A stretch of 64,000 bases of DNA. It comes from an uncultured Acidobacteriota bacterium. GTDB lineage: Bacteria; Acidobacteriota; Vicinamibacteria; Vicinamibacterales; UBA8438. The stretch lies in the NCBI GenBank assembly GCA_913043225.1, contig CAJWLU010000016.1:1-64000 (forward strand), written 5' to 3'. Under the pieces are notes generated by a model. It worked only from the letters and a program-made list of their open reading frames with translations, searched no databases and was not told the origin of the DNA. Below are positions 44,889-57,020 of the stretch, piece by piece (within the stretch, counting starts at the first letter, position 1; the number at the start of each line of letters is the position of its first letter). The position numbers were made by a program, and so were the translations under genes.

Positions 44889-45670
44889 ACTTCTCTCCCG
44901 GCCGTCGTCCCCGCGGACGACACCACGTTGTTCGTCACCTCGCCTACCCCGTCCACCGCCACGGTAATCCGATCGCCGGCCGCGAGCGGGCCCACCCCGG
45001 GGGGTGTCCCGGTGGAGATCACGTCGCCTGGTAACAGCGTCATTACGGCGGTCACGAACTCGAACACCTGTCGGATCGGGAAGATAAGCTCGCGGGTGCT
45101 CGAATCCTGCCGTACCTCGCCGTTGACAGTCGACCGCACGCCGATCGGGTGGTCGAGGTCGAGCGGCACGATACAGGGTCCGATGGGACAGAAAGTGTCG
45201 AACCCCTTCGCCCGCGTGTACTGGACGTCGCGCTTCTGCAAATCCCGGTCGGTAACGTCGTTGACGCAGGTCAGCCCCAGCACGTACTCATGGGCGCGGG
45301 CGGCCGGCACGTGGCGCGCATGGCGACTGATGACCACGCCAACCTCAGCTTCGTAATCGACCCGGCCAGCCCCGACCGGCAGCACGATGTCGGCGCCGGG
45401 GCCGATCACCGACGTAGACGGCTTCAGAAAGATGAGTGGCTCGGCCGGCAGCGGCTTCTGCATCTCCGCCGCGTGGTCCTTGTAGTTCAGGCCCACGGCG
45501 ACGACCTTCGACGGAGCCACGGGGGCCAGCACTTTGGGCGTCGTCAGGCCGAGCCTGTCACCAACCGTGTAGCCACCGAACAGGTCGCCGTCGAGCGCGT
45601 GCCAGGCGTCGTCGCGGCGGACCACATAGCGCGGCCCCTCACCGGTCTCGACCCGACAGATAGCGTCCAT
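44885..45670 (-). CDS. Fumarylacetoacetate hydrolase family protein
   Basis: VGLNY..H, FLKP, DYEAE, NDVT.RD.Q, TGTP.GVG. Confidence 0.93.
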   Translation of the reverse strand: MDAICRVETGEGPRYVVRRDDAWHALDGDLFGGYTVGDRLGLTTPKVLAPVAPSKVVAVGLNYKDHAAEMQKPLPAEPLIFLKPSTSVIGPGADIVLPVGAGRVDYEAEVGVVISRHARHVPAARAHEYVLGLTCVNDVTDRDLQKRDVQYTRAKGFDTFCPIGPCIVPLDLDHPIGVRSTVNGEVRQDSSTRELIFPIRQVFEFVTAVMTLLPGDVISTGTPPGVGPLAAGDRITVAVDGVGEVTNNVVSSAGTTAGREV

Positions 45671-45685
45671 GCGGTACTCCGAAAC

Positions 45686-47439
45686 TCAGCGCGGGCGTTC
45701 CTGAACCTGTGCCGAGGGCGGGCTCTCGTTGGGCGGCGTGGCGGTATCGACCGCAATCACCACGTAAACGTAGTCCACTCCCGGCTCGCCCGTGGTGTCT
45801 CGATAGGTGTTCTCGATCACGGGCTCCAGGGTAAGCGGCCGCAGTGTCTCACCTAGGGGCACCCCACGCAAGACCAGATAGCCGGCAAGGTCTTCCTCCT
45901 CGTTCGGCTCCCAGATCAGGCTGACGGCGCCCTCGCTGCCCACCGCCGTTAGTCCCTCGGGCTGGTCGGGTGGGAAGGTGTCGATGAAGGTCACGCAGGT
46001 CGGCGTAGAGACCACACTCCGGATATCGAGGCCGGCCACTTCGTCAAGCGAGAGAACGCCGTAACACCGCTCCACCCCGAATTCGACCCGCTTGTCCGAA
46101 TAGATCGGCTGCTCCAGCGGGTTCAGATTGAGCGGGAACGGCATGGCGGTCATACCGGGCCTCTGCTCGACAACTTCAAAGAGGTCGTAGCGGGTGGCGG
46201 GCGGCCACTCGACGATCGGCGTCGACTGCAGCTTAGTCAGTGCCGACCCCGTGACACCGGTGACGCCGGTCGAACTGGTGGGGCTCGAACCTGGATTGGC
46301 TGGTGGCGTCGTACCGGGCCCGGCCGGGACCGTAGTGCCTGGCGTGATGACACCTCCGGGAGGCGTGCCGATCACGCCGGTCGGCTCGGTCACCGCTACC
46401 TGGGTCGTCCCAGCCGTGGTTGTTGCCGGCGGCTGCCCGCCGGGGGCGGCCGCGGGCGACGTAGTCGGAGCGCCAGGCTGAGCCGGTAGCGGCGCACCAC
46501 CCGGGGGGAGCACCGGTCCCGTCGGCGCAGCAGCGCTCGGAGCGCCGGGGGTGGTGGGAGCCCCGGACGTCGTCCCCGGCACCGCGCCGAGGATCGTGGG
46601 CGCGGCGCCGGGAGCCGTTGCCGCCATGGTCGACGCACCGGTGGCCGCAGCACCCGGTGCGCCCGGCGGCTGGACCGGCTCTTGTACGGTCCCCCTTACG
46701 CCGATTGGCAGCTCCCAGGCAAGGTTGACCACCTCGGCGGTGTAGGTGACGACCGGAGCGGGCGGAGCCTTCGGCGCATCGACTAGCGGCACCGAGATCC
46801 GTTCGGCCGCCTCACCTTCCTCGCCTCGAGTGGAGATACCGACCACCGCGTACTGACGCTGCAGTACGTCGGGCTGGAGCGGGGTCATCAGCGGCAAACG
46901 GATCGGCCGCTTCCGCTTGCGCCGCTTTTTCTCGACCTCCTCCCGCTCGTCCTCCCAGGGATCGATCGGGATGAGCTTCTCCGGCGTCAGCTTATCAACG
47001 ATCATCGCCGGGAACCCCTGGGCCGGGCGCGGATCCACCTCGATCGGCCGAGGCGGCCCGACCAGATCGGCCTCTTCGACCGCCCGGGCCGCGTTCATCT
47101 CGGAAATTTCCGCCGGCAGCGCCTCGATGGTGCCGACCAACGTACCCTCCTCCATGAACTCCTCCAAATCGAGCTCACGGTCCGGGACAAGCCGTGGCTG
47201 GATGGTCATGGCGTAGACCTCGATCCGTTCGAGATCGGCTGGCGCGGACCCGTCGACGTTCGCGATTGGGAGAGTGAAGCCGACGTGCACCTCGTCGCCC
47301 AACCGATGCACGCGCATGTCGCCCATCGGCGCCGGGACACGGACGAACGGTGACTGAGGTGGACCGCGCTTACCGCACCCAAGCAACTGGACCACAATGG
47401 CCAGCAGGATGAACAGTGCCAATTGGCGCCCGGAGAGCG

Positions 47440-47443
<4 letters not shown>
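45686..47443 (-). CDS. Lipoprotein with fibronectin type III-like domains and a Pro/Ala/Thr/Gly-rich insert
   Basis: Lipobox [10 protein letters not shown]-terminal DTFPP..P.GL, L.W, GYLV.R, Y.V.AVD...NES; GTG overlaps the hslU stop. Confidence 0.8.
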
Positions 47444-48852
<1,409 letters not shown>

Positions 48853-48884
48853 CAGTGAGCACTGCAGGTAGGAACAAAGTCGGG

Positions 48885-49415
48885 CTACAACTCCTCGATC
48901 GTGACATTGGCATTCGTGTAAATGCAAATGGCGCCAGCGATCTCCATGGCCTTCTCCGCGATCTCGCGAGCCGGGAGATCAGTGTGCCTGGCTAGCGCCT
49001 TCGCAGCCGCCATGGCGTAGGGTCCACCCGACCCGATAGCCACGATGCCGTCGTCGGGCTGGATCAGATCACCGTTGCCCGACAGTAAGAACGTACCGTT
49101 GGCGTCGAGCACGATCAGCATCGCCTCCAGCCGACGCAGCAACCGATCGGTGCGCCAATCCTTGGCCAGTTCCACCGCCGACCGTTCAAGGTTGCCCCGA
49201 TATTGCTCCAGCTTGGCTTCGAAGCGGGAAAACAGCGCGAACGAGTCGGCCGCCGAACCGGCGAATCCGGCTACGATCTGGTCGTTGTAGAGCCGTCTGA
49301 TCTTGCGGGCCCCTTCTTTCACCACGGTGTCGCCGAAGGTGACCTGTCCGTCGCCGGCCATCACCGCCTGTCCGTTATGCCGCACAGAGAGCACCGTCGT
49401 CGCTCGCATCTTCAT
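48885..49415 (-). CDS. hslV: HslV peptidase
   Basis: TT N-terminus, AGDGQVT, DWRTDR.LRRLEA, IGSGG. Confidence 0.97.
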   Translation of the reverse strand: MKMRATTVLSVRHNGQAVMAGDGQVTFGDTVVKEGARKIRRLYNDQIVAGFAGSAADSFALFSRFEAKLEQYRGNLERSAVELAKDWRTDRLLRRLEAMLIVLDANGTFLLSGNGDLIQPDDGIVAIGSGGPYAMAAAKALARHTDLPAREIAEKAMEIAGAICIYTNANVTIEEL

Positions 49416-49463
49416 CGTTCTGTCCTTTGCTTCAGGGGGTTTCGCCCCACACACCACGCGACA

Positions 49464-50843
49464 CTAGCGGGACCACCGCATGGCGAGATACACCGGGATA
49501 CCGGCCGCGATCACGAGCAGCCCGGCCCCAGAAGTGGCAGGGCTGCCCAACAGCGCGTTGAGCACGATCACCGCGCTAGCGCCGGAGAACACCATGGGCG
49601 CCACCGGATAACCCCAGGCCTTGAACGGGCGCGGCTCCTCGGGGTGACGTCGTCGTAGCACGAAAAGCGACGTGACGGCCAGCCCGGCGAACAGCACCAC
49701 CGCGAAGCCGGTGTACTCCACCAACTGATCGAACCGCCCGGAGAGCACAAGCAGGCTGGCCCAGATGGCCTGGGCCACGATAGCGACCACCGGAGCTCTG
49801 AAACTGGGGTTCACCCGCGCGGCCGCCGCCGGGAACACACCATCCCGGGCCATCGCGTAGTAGACCCTCGGACCGGCCAGAACCATGGCACTGATGCTGG
49901 CGGCGATCATGATGATGGAAGCCAAGGCAAATGGCCCGGCCACCGCCGGACCGAACAACCGATCGGCCGCGGCATCCACTACCCGGGCGTCCACCGTGGC
50001 AAACTCGGCAACGGGGAGCGCATAGATGTAGAGCAGGTTGAGGAGAAGATAGACCACCACCACGGCCACGGTCCCGAGTCCGAGCGCCAGCGGCACGTTC
50101 CGTCCGGGATCACGCATCTCCTCAGCGACATACGCCGCCGCGTTCCACCCCGAGTAGCTGAACATGACCGGAATCAGGGCCAGCACCCAGAGAGACGGCG
50201 CGATGCTGCCGCCTGCCGAGAAGTGCGCCACGTCGCCTTGGCCCCATCCGAAGCCGACCGCCACGAACCCGACCAAGAGCGCAACCTTTAGCCCGCCGAG
50301 CAGGTTCTGGACCACTCGCCCCGGCCCCAGCCCGAACATATGCACGACCGACAGCAGAGCAATGACGGCCATGGCCACGATGGCCTGAGGCGACACGGTG
50401 AGGTCGAGCAGCCCGAGCGGCAGGGTGGCCAGGGGTGTAGTGTCTGCCGCGGCGGGGAGAAACCGACCGAGATAGCTGGACAGTCCGACCGCGCTGGCGG
50501 CGATCGCGCCGGCGAAACCAGCGACGAACGAGGTCCAGCCCGTCAGGAATGCAGCGAACGGCCCGAACGCTTCGCGAAGATAGACGTACTCTCCGCCGGC
50601 CCTGGGCCGGAGCGCGGCCAGCTCAGCGTAGGCCATGGCACCAGTGAACGCGAGCACGCCGCCGGCCAGCCAGACCGCCAGCATCGCCCACGGATTGGGC
50701 ACCGAGGCGGCGACAAAGGCGGGCACCAGGAAGATGCCGCCGCCGATGACGTTGGAAACGACGATGGCGGCGCCGTCAAACGCCCCGAGCCGGCGATCAA
50801 GCGCGTCCGGCCGGGCTGACGGCTCCTTGGGAACAGCGGACAC
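49464..50843 (-). CDS. APC family amino acid permease
   Basis: IGGGIF, YAELA...P.AGGEY, FSYSGW, EE...P.R, RPFKAWGYP. Confidence 0.93.
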   Translation of the reverse strand: MSAVPKEPSARPDALDRRLGAFDGAAIVVSNVIGGGIFLVPAFVAASVPNPWAMLAVWLAGGVLAFTGAMAYAELAALRPRAGGEYVYLREAFGPFAAFLTGWTSFVAGFAGAIAASAVGLSSYLGRFLPAAADTTPLATLPLGLLDLTVSPQAIVAMAVIALLSVVHMFGLGPGRVVQNLLGGLKVALLVGFVAVGFGWGQGDVAHFSAGGSIAPSLWVLALIPVMFSYSGWNAAAYVAEEMRDPGRNVPLALGLGTVAVVVVYLLLNLLYIYALPVAEFATVDARVVDAAADRLFGPAVAGPFALASIIMIAASISAMVLAGPRVYYAMARDGVFPAAAARVNPSFRAPVVAIVAQAIWASLLVLSGRFDQLVEYTGFAVVLFAGLAVTSLFVLRRRHPEEPRPFKAWGYPVAPMVFSGASAVIVLNALLGSPATSGAGLLVIAAGIPVYLAMRWSR

Positions 50844-51328
50844 TACTGGGCGAGGATACGCCGGTTGATGTCAACCGAGTCCAGCAGCGCCCACTGATCG
50901 CCACGGTGCTTGACGAACAGGTCTATCGTGACGTCGACGAAATCGCGATGCTGGAGCATCTCGGGGTGGGTCTGTTCACCGGTGTAGCCGCGCCCGGAGT
51001 CCAGACGGAGGACCTGGGAGGCCTCGCCGGCTTCGATCCCTTCAGTACCCACCACCCGGACGTAGGCGTTTCCCCACTCCTCTTCCTCGCCCTGGCGCCT
51101 GAAAATCGCGTTGATCTGGAGGTGGCGAACGACCTCGGGGGTGGTGTTGGCCACCCGGAAAGTGACCGACGGCACGATCTTGTGCCGGCCGAGGTTGTCG
51201 AGCCCCGCGTCAAACCATCCGCTCGTAACGTCGGTGACCGCCAGTGCCGCCGGAACGTCAAGCGGCCCTCGGCAGCTCACCAAGAGCAGGACGGCCAACA
51301 GGGGAAGGTAGCGTGCTCTCACCTTCAT
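50843..51328 (-). CDS. Hypothetical lipoprotein
   Basis: Lipobox LVSC after a basic/hydrophobic leader; stop overlaps the permease start. Confidence 0.7.
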   Translation of the reverse strand: MKVRARYLPLLAVLLLVSCRGPLDVPAALAVTDVTSGWFDAGLDNLGRHKIVPSVTFRVANTTPEVVRHLQINAIFRRQGEEEEWGNAYVRVVGTEGIEAGEASQVLRLDSGRGYTGEQTHPEMLQHRDFVDVTIDLFVKHRGDQWALLDSVDINRRILAQ

Positions 51329-51349
51329 GCCAGAATTCTACAACGCCGG

Positions 51350-52093
51350 TCAGCGTGACACCCGGCGCAAGTACTCCATCAACTGCTGGCGCGCCAACTC
51401 AGCATCCTCCGCGTCGACTTCGCGGAACGTGCGCTCCATCTCCGAGAGGTCGGAGCGGCGCTGACTGGCGATCCGCTGCTCAGCCTCGCGCACCCGGTTG
51501 TCGAAGACCAGCTGCTGGCGTTGCTCGCTCTCCCGGATCAGCTCGCGGACGTTGGCGATCCAGGGATCATCACTGCTGCCTGGAATCGACGCCAATTCGG
51601 CCGGGACACCATTGACCGACGTGGCTACCTGCGACGTCCGCATCTCCTGTCGCAGCCCGTCTCTCAGATCCGCCAGGTCAGCCGGCGACACCTGGTCGAC
51701 GGCCTGCGGCTCGCCCCACCCGAGACGAACCACCAGGCCTTGCTCGCCCACCTCGAACTGCAGGTTGGCTAGCGTCGCCGTGGCGGCGAGGACCAGCACC
51801 GCCGCGGCAGCCAGGCCCCACATTCTTGGCCGGAGCGTCCTCGCAGCCCAGCTCGGCGGCGCCGGGCCGAAGAACGCCTCGTCACGTTTCGATACCAGGC
51901 GAAACCCAAGCTCTGCCTCGGGCGGCCCCCACTCGCCGAGGGTCGCGCGCACGTTCCGAAGCTCGCTTACTTCGGCCGCACACTGCGGACACGAGCGAGT
52001 GTGCTCCTCGACCCGCGCCCGTGCCGACGCATCAGCCTCTCCGTAGAGGTAGTCGAGTAACTGTTCCTGTGCGATATGCGTTGTCTCAGTCAT
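51350..52093 (-). CDS. Zinc-binding (ZAS, zf-HC2) membrane anti-sigma factor
   Basis: HTRSCPQC (HxxxCxxC), one TM helix, start overlaps the sigma factor stop. Confidence 0.88.
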   Translation of the reverse strand: MTETTHIAQEQLLDYLYGEADASARARVEEHTRSCPQCAAEVSELRNVRATLGEWGPPEAELGFRLVSKRDEAFFGPAPPSWAARTLRPRMWGLAAAAVLVLAATATLANLQFEVGEQGLVVRLGWGEPQAVDQVSPADLADLRDGLRQEMRTSQVATSVNGVPAELASIPGSSDDPWIANVRELIRESEQRQQLVFDNRVREAEQRIASQRRSDLSEMERTFREVDAEDAELARQQLMEYLRRVSR

Positions 52094-52758
52094 CGGTCCA
52101 GATTCACGACTTTCCGGCTACTCTTCGCGATCGCGCCGCGACCGGCCAGAGCGGCCACGCTGCCCGGACCATCGAGTCCGCTGCGCTTCAGCTGTCGCCG
52201 CAGCACCCCGAGTCCCTGATACAACCGGGTCTTGACCGTGCTCAGCGGACAACCTTGCAGGTCGGCAATCTCCTGAAACGTTAGCCCATGGTATTCCTTC
52301 AGGACGATGGTCGTCCGCTGCTCTTCGGGCAGCGTCGCCATCGCCTCGGTGATCACCCGCCCCAGATCCCGTCGGAGTGCACGGCCCTCAGCGGTCTCGA
52401 CCGGCTGGCCCACCGGCTCCGGCTCGGACTCGGTGTCGAGGGGCAGCAGATGGTTGCCCCGCTTATCTCGACGCATCCAGTCGTGGCAGAGATTGAGCGC
52501 AATGCGATACAGCCAGGAGGAGAACTTGGCCTGCCCCTTGAAACCCTTAATCCCTCGGAAAGCACGAAGAAAGGTTTCCTGACAGACATCGCGCGCATCC
52601 TCCTCACGACCGAGAACGCGGTAGGCCAGGGCGAAGATCTGCCGCTCCCAGCGCACCACAAGCTGGTTGAAGCTTTCTGGATCACCGGCGGTCGCGAGCG
52701 CAACCAACTCTTCGTCAGTTCGTTGCATGCTGAGCACGCCGCTCTGAGTTCCACTCAT
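52090..52758 (-). CDS. ECF RNA polymerase sigma factor
   Basis: DEELV, DVCQETF, FSSWLYRIA.N, EIA..G..STVKTRL. Confidence 0.94.
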   Translation of the reverse strand: MSGTQSGVLSMQRTDEELVALATAGDPESFNQLVVRWERQIFALAYRVLGREEDARDVCQETFLRAFRGIKGFKGQAKFSSWLYRIALNLCHDWMRRDKRGNHLLPLDTESEPEPVGQPVETAEGRALRRDLGRVITEAMATLPEEQRTTIVLKEYHGLTFQEIADLQGCPLSTVKTRLYQGLGVLRRQLKRSGLDGPGSVAALAGRGAIAKSSRKVVNLDR

Positions 52759-52958
52759 GGTTCCGTGCCTGGATCGTCTCCATCGTCGTGGTCAAAATCA
52801 CGCGGCCAACCGCCACTGATGACAGGCAGCCGCCCACACACCATTAGACGCCAGCAGCGCCGCATTAGTCTTGTCCTTTTCACCGGTGTGTCGCGACCCC
52901 TAGCCGACACTGCCCAAGCATGGCAGAAAGTGCTACTCTACGCGGCGGACGATCTAGG

Positions 52959-53321
52959 ATGCTCGACGAGGCCTTTTCTCACAACGGACGAGGTAATCGG
53001 ATATCTGCAGGTTAACCTGCGAACGATTTACCGTCTCATCAAGGCGGGTCAAATCCCGACGGACACGCCGCGCTGGGGCGCCTCCGGCTATCCGGCTACG
53101 ACCTACTGATTACGAAACTACAGATGCCGGACATGGACGGGCTCACGGTCATCAGCGAAGCCCGTCGGCTACACGCCAACCTGCCCGTGATCGTCATCAC
53201 CGGATTCTCGATAGAAGCCAGAGCCATTGAGGCGGCCAACGTCGGCGTCTCCGGCTACCTGACCAAGCCATTCAAGGCCCCCAAGGTCCTGTCGGTCGCG
53301 GCCTGGGCGCTGGACGAGTAG
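52959..53321 (+). pseudogene. Disrupted excisionase-type HTH + receiver domain response regulator
   Basis: MLDEAF / LTTDEVIGYLQVNLRTIYRLIKAGQIP / DGHAAL...YDLLITKLQMP...YLTKPF split by two frameshifts; first half of receiver missing; acceptor Asp reads Lys. Confidence 0.85.
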
Positions 53322-53363
53322 CGACCACGCGCTATCCTGGCGCGATCCGCCGTTTCCGTAACC

Positions 53364-55358
53364 ATGCTCCAACTCTCCGCGCTCACGAAAGGGTTCGGAG
53401 GCCGCACCCTCTTCGACCGGATCACCTGGCAGATCTCCAAGGGAGACCGGGTGGGGCTGTGCGGCCCGAACGGCGCCGGAAAGACCACGCTGCTCCGGAT
53501 GCTGGCGGGCTTCGACGAGCCGGACGACGGCACCATCGCCCGCCAAGCTGACCTGACGGTCGGCTACCTCCCGCAGGACGGACTGACGCACTCGGGCCGC
53601 TCGCTAGCCGAAGAGGTCAGCAGCGCGTTCCAGACGCTGCTCAACGCCCAGAAAGAGATGGCGCGTCTCGAGGAGCAGCTCGCCGACGACGACCACTCTC
53701 GCGACGAACAGGAAGCGATGCTTGAACACTACTCGGACCTCCAGCACGAGTTCCGGGACGGCGACGGTTACAACATTGAGCTGAAAGTTGCCGGCGTACT
53801 GCGCGGCCTCGGTTTCAGTCCCAACGATTTCGAGAAACCGACCGAAACCTTCTCGGGCGGCTGGCAGATGCGGATCGCGCTGGCCACCCTGATTCTCAAG
53901 CGACCGCACATCCTGCTGCTCGATGAACCGACGAACCACCTCGACCTCGACGCGCGCAACTGGCTCGAAGAATTCTTGGCCGGCTACCCCTACGCGCTCG
54001 TGCTCGTGTCGCACGACCGCTACTTCATGGACCGGGTCGTGACCCGGATCGCCGAAGTTGGTCTGCGCACGCTGACACCATATGTCGGCACCTACTCGGA
54101 GTATCTGGAGGCACGCGACGCCCGCATTACCGCGCTGGTCGAGCAGAAGAAGCGGCAGGACGAGGAGATTGCGCGGATGCGGCTCTTCATCGACCGTTTC
54201 CGCTACAAGGCCACCAAGGCGGCGCAGGTCCAGAGCCGGATCAAGATGCTCGAGAAGATCGTGCCGATAGAAGTCCCGGTCGCGCGCAAGCGGGTGCACT
54301 TCACCTTTCCGGACTGCCGGCAAAGCGGTCGGGTGGCGCTGGAGCTCGACGGGGTGACTAAACGCTACGGCGAGCAAACCGTGCTCGACCATGTGAACGT
54401 GCACGTCGAACGAGGCGACCGGATCGCCATCGTCGGCCCGAACGGGGCCGGGAAATCCACCTTGATGCGGATGCTGTCTGGGGCCGAGGCGCCCGACAAC
54501 GGGACCCGGACCGAGGGACACAATCTCGTAGCCCAGTACTTCGCCCAAGACGAGGCAGCCCGCCTGGACCCAGGCCTGACCGTCTATGACACCCTGGGCG
54601 GCGGCTCGCCGGTCGACATGCTGCCCGCCATTAGGAACATCCTGGGCGGCTTCCTCTTTTCCGGCGACGACGTCGAGAAACCCGTCGCGGTGCTTTCGGG
54701 CGGTGAGCGAACGCGCCTGGCCGTCGCGCGCATGCTGCTGCACCCGTCGAACACGCTCCTGCTCGACGAGCCGACGAACCACCTCGACATCGACTCGACC
54801 AACGTGCTGCTAGACGCGCTGCGCGACTTCGGCGGCACCTTGATCTTCGTATCGCACGACCGCTACTTCGTCGAGCAGCTCGCCACCTCGGTGATCGAGG
54901 TGGGCGGCGCTGAGGCGGTGCGCTATCCCGGCACCTATTCTGAGTTCCGGCTGAGCAAGCAGGAGCGGTCGGCCGCGGCCGCCCAGAAGAATCCGGTCGC
55001 ACCGGCGCAGACGGCCAGCGCGACGAAGGTACCGGCGAGAGATACCGAAATCCGGCGGGCCGCCGGACGAGTCGACCGGGAAGCGCGACGGAAGAAGGCT
55101 CAGGCCGACCGTCGTCGCAGCCGCGAGCAGCAGGCGCGTCAGCAGCGGGTGGACGACCTTGAGCGCCGCATCGGTGAATGCGAAGAGGAGATCAAGGAGA
55201 TCGAGGCCACCATGTCGGCCCCCGAATTCTATGGCGACCGCGAGACCGCCCAGCCGGTCATCAATCGCCACCAGAATCTGATGTGGGAGGTCGGCGATTT
55301 AATGAGTCAGTGGGAAGAGCTGCAAGAGATGGACTGCACCAAGGAGGGTACCGGCTGA
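53364..55358 (+). CDS. ABC-F family ATPase
   Basis: Two ABC cassettes (GPNGAGKT, FSGGWQMR, DEPTNHLD twice), no TM segments, C-terminal coiled coil. Confidence 0.95.
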   Translation: MLQLSALTKGFGGRTLFDRITWQISKGDRVGLCGPNGAGKTTLLRMLAGFDEPDDGTIARQADLTVGYLPQDGLTHSGRSLAEEVSSAFQTLLNAQKEMARLEEQLADDDHSRDEQEAMLEHYSDLQHEFRDGDGYNIELKVAGVLRGLGFSPNDFEKPTETFSGGWQMRIALATLILKRPHILLLDEPTNHLDLDARNWLEEFLAGYPYALVLVSHDRYFMDRVVTRIAEVGLRTLTPYVGTYSEYLEARDARITALVEQKKRQDEEIARMRLFIDRFRYKATKAAQVQSRIKMLEKIVPIEVPVARKRVHFTFPDCRQSGRVALELDGVTKRYGEQTVLDHVNVHVERGDRIAIVGPNGAGKSTLMRMLSGAEAPDNGTRTEGHNLVAQYFAQDEAARLDPGLTVYDTLGGGSPVDMLPAIRNILGGFLFSGDDVEKPVAVLSGGERTRLAVARMLLHPSNTLLLDEPTNHLDIDSTNVLLDALRDFGGTLIFVSHDRYFVEQLATSVIEVGGAEAVRYPGTYSEFRLSKQERSAAAAQKNPVAPAQTASATKVPARDTEIRRAAGRVDREARRKKAQADRRRSREQQARQQRVDDLERRIGECEEEIKEIEATMSAPEFYGDRETAQPVINRHQNLMWEVGDLMSQWEELQEMDCTKEGTG

Positions 55359-55380
55359 CGGCACACCCTTAACGACAAAT

Positions 55381-55520
55381 CTGTCATCCACAGCCAAAAT
55401 CATCAACGAGCTCTCGTAGATCGGATCGATGTCGGCGCGCGCGTCGGCCGAGGGGCCCGGTTCCGGGTTCACTTGCTGGTGGCTCACCATACCGTTGGAA
55501 CGCCGGCTACGGCTGGTTGA
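55381..55520 (+). pseudogene. Remnant of a sensor histidine kinase C-terminus
   Basis: LSSTAKIINELS* then, in another frame, IDVGARVGRGARFRVHL; resembles the HATPase end (LSI..KII..H.G.I.V.S..G.G..F.V.LP) and lies just before a response regulator. Confidence 0.55.
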
Positions 55521-55537
55521 GTCAGGAGTGCCCGGGC

Positions 55538-56935
55538 ATGGCCAAGAAACGCATTCTCGTTGCCGACGACCACTACTTACTGCGACGGGGCATCGTCCGC
55601 GCCCTCAGCGAAGCGGGGCACGAAGTCGAAGAAGCGGCCAACGGCAACGCCGCCATCGAGCAGCTGCACAACGGGCAGTTCGACGTGGTCGTGAGCGACC
55701 TCAAGATCGGCGGCAACGACGGACTCGATGTGCTGCGCACGGCCAAAACGCTCCACCCCAAGAGCTCGGTCATCCTTATGACCACCTTCGGGTCGATCCA
55801 GACCGCGGTGGAGGCGATACGGATCGGCGCGTTCGACTACGTCCAGAAGCCGTTCGAGATTGAGGAGGTGGAGCTCAAGATCGACAAGGCGCTGCAGGTG
55901 CGTCAACTGAAGCACGAGATCGACTATCTGCGTCACACCCAGCCCGCCATCTACGACTTCGACCGGATCATCAGAGCGAGTGGGGCACTGCAGCGGGTAC
56001 TCGACATCCTGCGCAAAGTGGCCAAGACCGACACCACCGTGCTAATTCGAGGCGAGACCGGCACCGGCAAGGAGCTGATCGCTGGCGCGCTCCACCACAA
56101 CTCGCTGCGGGCTAGCCGGAACTTCGTTCGGGTGCACTGCTCGGCACTGCAGGAGAACCTGCTCGAGTCGGAGCTGTTCGGTCACGAGAAGGGCGCGTTC
56201 ACCGGCGCCGATCGGCAGCGGATCGGCCGGTTCGAGCAGGCGGACGGCGGCAGCCTCTTCCTGGACGAGGTCGGAGACATGAGCACGAACACCCAGGCCA
56301 AGGTGCTCCGCGTGCTGCAGGAGCAGGAATTCAAACGCCGGGGCGGCAGCCGCAACATTCGCGTCGATGTCCGGTTGATTACGGCGACCAACCGGAACCT
56401 GGCCGAGATGGTGGCCCGGGGCGAGTTCCGAGAAGACCTCTACTACCGGCTGAACGTCATGGCGGTCGAGATGCCGCCACTGCGAGACCGCAAGGAAGAT
56501 ATCAACGCGCTGGCCCAGATCTTCATCCGAAAATTCTCGGGCGAGCTACGCAAGAAAGTGGTCGACCTCGACCCCAGCGCCGAGAAGCTGCTGCAGTGCT
56601 ACAACTGGCCGGGCAACATCCGTGAGTTGGAGAACTCTATCGAACGAGCCGTAATGCTGGCCGAGGGTAACGTCATCACCCGCGACGACCTCCGCCTGGG
56701 CGAGCTCCCGCCCACCGCCGAAGTGTCCGACCCTGGCACCGTGGTGAAGATTCCACCGACCGGCATCGCGCTGAAAGAAATCGAGCGCCAGGCCGTGGTG
56801 AAAGCTCTGACAATATCCAACTGGGTACAGAAGGATGCCGCCGAGCTGCTATCGATCACCCCGCGGGTGATGAACTACAAGATCAAGACGCTAGGGATAC
56901 AGCTCCCGCGCAAGCGAAGAGCGATGGCCGTGTGA
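55538..56935 (+). CDS. Sigma54-dependent response regulator (NtrC/AtoC family)
   Basis: Receiver domain, GETGTGKE, ESELFGHEKGAFTGA, LFLDEV, WPGNIRELEN, Fis-type HTH; RBS AGGAG. Confidence 0.95.
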   Translation: MAKKRILVADDHYLLRRGIVRALSEAGHEVEEAANGNAAIEQLHNGQFDVVVSDLKIGGNDGLDVLRTAKTLHPKSSVILMTTFGSIQTAVEAIRIGAFDYVQKPFEIEEVELKIDKALQVRQLKHEIDYLRHTQPAIYDFDRIIRASGALQRVLDILRKVAKTDTTVLIRGETGTGKELIAGALHHNSLRASRNFVRVHCSALQENLLESELFGHEKGAFTGADRQRIGRFEQADGGSLFLDEVGDMSTNTQAKVLRVLQEQEFKRRGGSRNIRVDVRLITATNRNLAEMVARGEFREDLYYRLNVMAVEMPPLRDRKEDINALAQIFIRKFSGELRKKVVDLDPSAEKLLQCYNWPGNIRELENSIERAVMLAEGNVITRDDLRLGELPPTAEVSDPGTVVKIPPTGIALKEIERQAVVKALTISNWVQKDAAELLSITPRVMNYKIKTLGIQLPRKRRAMAV

Positions 56936-57020
56936 CCCGCCGCCAGAAACGTCCATTCACACTTGCCGCCATTGCGGCGCAGAACACTCCGGCCGCAATG
57001 CCCTGGAGACCGCTAAACCT

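Noticed and set aside
52921..52934. Sigma54 promoter TGGCAGAAAGTGCT
   Set aside because: GG-to-GC spacing is 8 nt rather than the required 10; at most a decayed site.
52288..53109. 273-aa ORF ending in an HTH
   Set aside because: Mostly antisense to the ECF sigma gene; only its last part belongs to the frameshifted regulator pseudogene.
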